A stretch of 64,000 nt of DNA from NCBI GenBank assembly GCA_043228905.1, contig JBHGNT010000007.1:21948001-22012000 (forward strand), in the 5' to 3' direction. Shown here in pieces: positions 59,053-64,000 of this stretch. The stretch comes from Azolla caroliniana (lineage: Eukaryota > Plantae > Polypodiophyta). Made by a program: the position numbers and the translations under genes. A model generated the notes under the pieces. It saw only the letters and a program-made list of their open reading frames with translations. It searched no databases and was not told the origin of the DNA. How positions within the stretch are numbered: position 1 is the stretch's first letter; every line of letters starts with the position of its first letter.

Positions 59053-61177
59053 GCGCACATAATTAACCCTTTCTTAATCACATAATTAGGTACTAATTAA
59101 CCCTTGCTGAATTACCTAATTCTTAACACTCTACCATTAGGCTATACACCCACGCACAAAAGAAACATTACGTTGCAAACCTCCATTGATTCATGTCCAA
59201 GACGTTCAGTCGAGTCACAAACATCCATTGAATTATGTAGAAGAACTCTAATCAAATTATTTAAAGTCATTCCACGCACCTCCATCTATTCAAGTACATG
59301 AAAATTAGACTGTGTTCGGTAAAGCAACTCATCTCCTTGAATCATATTGCCGATGGGGTTGAACTGGTGACCTATCAGACTACACCTGATTACGCTACCA
59401 CTCGGCTATACACCCACACACAAAATAAACATTACGTTGCAAACCTCCATTGATTCATGTACAAGACGTCCAATCAACATATTATGTCATTTCCGAGACC
59501 TCCATTGATTCATGTACATGAATTCTAGACTCTGTTCGGTAAGGCTCCTCATCTCCTTGAATTTAGGTGCAGTCAGGGTAGAATCGGTGACCTATCAAAC
59601 TGCAGCCAATTGCTCTTTCACTGAGCTATACACCCACGCACAAAAGAAACAGTACATCGGAAACCTCCATTGCTTCATGTACAAGACGTGCAATCGTCTT
59701 ATTATGTCGTTTCCGAGACCTCCATCGATTCATGTACATGAATTCTAGAGTCCGTTTGGTAAGGCTCTTCATCTCCTTGAATCATGGTGCAGCCGGGGTT
59801 GAACCGGTGACCTGTCGGACTGTAGTTGATTGTTCTTCCACTGAGTTATATACCCACGCACAAAGGGAACATTACGTCGCAAACTTCCGTTGATTCATGT
59901 ACAAGACGTGCAATTGAGTTATTATGTCGGTTCCGAGACCTCCATCGATTCGTTTACATGAATTCTAGAGTCCTATCAGTAAGGCTCCTCATCTCCTTGA
60001 ATCAGGGTTGAACCGGTGATCTATTCGACTGCAGCCGATTGTTTTTCCATTGAGTTATACACCCATGCACAAATGGAACATTATGTTGCAAATCTCCATT
60101 GTATACATTGGCTCTTCCACTGAGTTATACACATGCGCTCAAATGGAACATTACGTCGCAAACCTCCATTGAATCATGTATACGATATCCAATTGAATTG
60201 TTATGTCGTCTTAGAGAACTCCATCGATACATGGATACATGAAATCTAGACTTAGTTGGGTAAGGCACCTCACCTCCTCGAATCAAGCTCCAGGCGGAGC
60301 TGAACCGGTGACCTATCGGACTGCAGCCATTGCACTACCACTGAGCTAGACACCCGTGCACAAAGGGAACATTACGTCATAGACCTCGATTGATACATGT
60401 CCAAGATGTCCAGTTGAGTTATTATGTCATTTCGGAGACCTCCATCGATTCATGTACATGAAATCTAGACTCTGTTCGATAAGGCTCCTTCTTGAATTAG
60501 GGTGCAATCGTGGTTGAACCGGTGACCTATCAGACTGCACCCAATTGAACTACCACTGAGCTATACACCCGCACACAGAAGAAACATTATGTTGCAATCC
60601 TCCATTGACTATTATGTGGTTTACAAGACCTCCATCGGTTCATGTACATGAATTGTAGAGTCTGTTCGGTAAGGCTCCTCATCCCCTTGAATTAGGGTGC
60701 AACCGGGGTTGAACCGGTGACCTATCGAACTGTAGTTGATTGCTCTACCACTGAGTTATACACCCGCACACAAAGGGAACATTTCGTCGCAAACCTCCAT
60801 TGATTCATATCCAAGATGTCCAATAGAGTTACAAACATCCATTGAATCATGTAGAAGAATTCTAATCAAATGATTAAAAGTCGTTTTGCACACCTCCATC
60901 TATTCATGTACATGAAATCTAGACTTCATTTGGTAAGGCACCTCATCTCCTTGAATGAGGTTGTCGACGGGGTTGAACCGGTGACCTATCGGACTGCAAC
61001 TGATTGCTCTACCAATGGGCTATACACTCGTGCACAAAAGAAACATTACTTCGCAAACCTCCATTGATTCATGTACAAGAAGTTCAGTCGAATTATTATG
61101 TTGTTTCACATAGCCGTATCGATTCATGTACATGAAGCCTAGACTTTCTTTAGTACACACCTCATACTTGGACATCT

Positions 61178-62275
61178 TGTTAATGGGTGGGGGGTGTAGC
61201 CTAGAATGGCTTTACCCCCCTCCCAAGGGGGTTACGATAGAGAGAGAGAGAATGAGAGTGAAAATAAGAAATGACACAAAAATGAGAGGGGAAAAAGCTC
61301 CCTCATTATGCCCCATGGGTGGGGTTTATATAGTACAAGAGGTAACCGTTGTACAAATAAAGAATAAGACAAGTATGGAGTTACATTACTTACCCACTTT
61401 CTCACCTTTCTACACGTGCACACAAATGTTACACATACTCATACTCACACACTCATTCATGTTACACATTACACACCTTACACATTATACACCATACACA
61501 TTACACCTTAACCCTCCTGTACACCTATACGGGTAACACTTGGCACGCTTGTGGGACAGTGCATTGCACGTTGAACCCACAAGCCCATGCCAAAAACTCT
61601 TGTTGACCGGAACTCCATCAGTCTTCTCTTCTCTAATGGTCGGAAATCCCTCCACCAGATTACTAGTCTACGATCGATAACTTTGATTGGAGCTGGCTTG
61701 ACACGAACCTTCTCATTCGGTTAGCATATCGCACGATTGGATCGCACACCAATCCTCTTCTCCATTGTGGTAAAGTCGTTTAGGTTTAACAATGATTGTG
61801 GGTGTATGTGCGTGCGTGCGTGCGTGTGTGTGTGTGTGTGTTTTTCTTCATTAGTATGAGTGGTGATGAGTTTTTGTACCCTTGCGTTTCCGAAATTATA
61901 TGTCGTACCCCTCAATTTTTTGAATTTTATTGGTTGCCCTTATGAAATTTAGGCTTATGCCCTCCTATTTTCAAAATTCTATGAGGGGCCTTTGAACTTT
62001 TGAAATTGTCCATGGACCCCTCTGTTGTTTAAGTTTCTTTTTCTTCTACTTTCTTTCTTTCTTTTTTTATTTCTTCTTCATCACTTTTCCTCTTTTCTTC
62101 TTTCTTCTTTCTCCTTCTTCTCTTTTGATTGTTGTCCTGTATGTGTTTTGCTAACTCTGATTTCCACGTTCTCAATTATTTGTTTATGTGAATTCCTTTC
62201 CCTCTTCTTTTCTCCTTCGGTCATTCGAATGTTATTTGGCCGGCTTTCCCTTGGTCACATCTTGGTTGACCCTCG
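61178..62275. mobile_element. Unclassified insertion with an LTR-like left part (TGTTA...TAACA, 61178-61538)
   Basis: Interrupts the 220-bp array. Inverted 5-bp termini, with TATA and CT-rich tract on the minus strand. No TSD or coding remnant recognised. Confidence 0.4.
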
Positions 62276-62798
62276 GTCGTCACTTTATGTGAATCAGGAG
62301 GCAACTGGGGTTGAACCGTTAACCTATCGTACTACAAACGATTGCTCTACCACTGAGATATACACCCGGGCACAAAAGAAATATCACGTCCAAAACTCCA
62401 TTGATTCATGTACAAGTCTTCTAGTGGAATGATTATCTCGTTTCACACACCTCCATCGATTCTTATGTGTATTTGTATGCGGTAATGTATTTGAGAATCT
62501 ATAGATTCGTGCTTGACAAACAACACAGAAGTATCGACTAGAAAGTAGACGCGATATCAACTTTAATGGACGCTCTATTAGTCATCTCTCTCTCTCTCTC
62601 TCTCTGAGACTCGTTACAAAAGTTATCAAGATATCTTACAACGGTAGGTTATTGCTTATATACTAAGTGTCACGACACAACGACATCAAGTACATAGTTA
62701 GTGAGGATTGAACCTGCAACCTCACATTTAGAGGACATCATGCTCAACCATTTTGACATGAGCATACATTTGTATATAATACATAGTCTAGCTTATAG

Positions 62799-64000
62799 TT
62801 TTGGGAAATCGGTCTCTCCAGATAGAACCTGGTGATGAATAAAGAGGACCCGATAAGAATCAGAAGAGAGCCAGTAAGAACCGGAAGAGAAGACAGATTT
62901 GTAAATATGCCTTGAATAAGCCCATTGAGGCTATAGTTGTAAATAGCCCTAAGTTCATATAACTATAAATATGACTTTGGGCAATCACTTTATGCGTGTG
63001 ATTGCATTGTTGTGATATTGTTGTAACTGTTGTACAGAGAGAGAGAGAGATATACATAGTGATAATCTGTTGTAGCCACCACTATGTGAAGAAACAGAGC
63101 TCAAGGTCGTTGCCTCTGAGTCTTTGATTGTATTTTCCTCTCTTTATTGTGATAGTTCGGAGTTTGTGGACTCCCGTGGTTTTTCCCTATTAGGGTTTTC
63201 CACGTAAACATCTTGTGTCATTTTTCTTGTGTACTCTCCACTTCCCATTTTTGTGTTTGGGTCTTAAGGAGTGATTTACTACTCGGTTGTGGCTGAGCGA
63301 TATTCTGCGCGTTTACTCATCAAAGTGGTATCAGAGCAAACAACACAGAAAATGGAAGAATCTTACGGCGGCATGTTCAAGCTCATCGGCTCCAACTACT
63401 CAGTGTGGAAGTCGAAGATGAGGGACATGCTGGTGGTTAAAGATCTTTGGTTGCCGGTTCAGTTCGGGGACAAGAGATCGAATAAGATCGACGCCACAGT
63501 GTGGGAGGTGATGCACATGAAGACGACAACATACATCCAGTGCTTCTTCAACATGAGCATGTACAACAACTTCAATGAAGAGAGCAAGGCTCGTGAGCTC
63601 TGGGAGAAGATCAACATTATGTTTCTGAACAAAAAATGACGTTAATTGGGTTTCGGTATTCCGGAAGCTAGTGAGGCTCCGGTACCAGGACGGCTCCAGC
63701 ATGGCGGAGCACATGAATGCCTTCCAGGGGCTGATACACCAAGCAACCTGGTTGGAAGTACCTTTCACCGATGAGGTACTTGCTCTACTCCTGCCCGGTT
63801 CCCTCCCGGATAACTGGGAGACGTTAGTTGTCATGTTGGGCAACGCCGGGCTGGAAGGAAAACAATTGTCCCTAGCAAGGGTAAAATTAAGCTTCCTAGA
63901 TGAAGAAGCTCGTTGGAAGGACCGGGAGTCCGGAACTAATCTGAAGGCCCTAGTCACGGAAGATGACCACAACCGGGGAAGACGCCGGGATCGGAGTCCC
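62799..64000 (+). mobile_element. 5' part of a second copy of the 38696-50976 Copia family (LTR, PBS, frameshifted gag), running off the window
   Basis: LTR 62799-63322 is homologous to the reverse complement of 50448-50976. PBS TGGTATCAGAGC at 63326-63337. Gag MEESYGGMFKLIGSNY starts at 63352. Confidence 0.92.

Larger units (their letters stand above)
51555..62460 (-). repeat. Tandem array of ~25 tRNA-Cys(GCA)-derived 220-bp units, interrupted by two insertions
   Basis: Heads recur at 220-bp spacing (53278/53498/53718, 58541/58761/58981). Minus-strand consensus by eye: GGGTGTATAGCTCAGTGGTAGAGCAATCGGCTGCAGTCCGATAGGTCACCGGTTCAACCCCGGTTGCACCCT, a cloverleaf with GCA anticodon and U73. Confidence 0.92.

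Noticed and set aside
52286-61067. Repeated short ORFs in the 220-bp array as a peptide family
   Set aside because: Frames and stops are inconsistent between units. Conservation follows the tRNA structure, not codons.
61540-61557. TGGCACGCTTGTGGGAC as a tRNA-Arg PBS
   Set aside because: It conflicts with the apparent minus orientation of the adjacent LTR-like sequence and no gag follows, so it was left unclassified.
62698-62762. tRNA gene near 62700
   Set aside because: Only a B-box-like GGTTCAATCC is present on the minus strand, with no cloverleaf. At most it is a SINE relic.

Overview
Land-plant nuclear DNA, most likely a fern. This is inferred from PLS-PPR genes with long-L motifs, organellar inserts needing both C-to-U and U-to-C editing, and a Tcn1/sushi-like chromovirus. 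Genes: an intact 3-exon UDP-glycosyltransferase plus a pseudogenised tandem copy, two convergent intronless PLS-E PPR genes, and a 5-exon plastid-targeted FNR-like oxidoreductase. Mobile DNA: three pieces of one L1-type LINE family, and a TSD-bounded Copia carrying a nested young chromovirus and an LTR-like insert. There are two further Copia elements. The most unusual signals are five. (1) Two identical, well-folded tRNA genes have a tRNA-Ala-like body but a GAC (Val) anticodon. (2) An ~11 kb array holds ~25 tRNA-Cys-derived 220-bp units. (3) A ~1.1 kb plastid+mitochondrial mosaic (ycf3, psbT, rps13) is in the unedited state. (4) The chromovirus LTR begins with an outward-facing tRNA-type Pol III promoter and has a self-priming PBS. 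(5) A retroposed PPR fragment with TSD sits inside the UGT pseudogene. All calls were made by eye; no searches were run.
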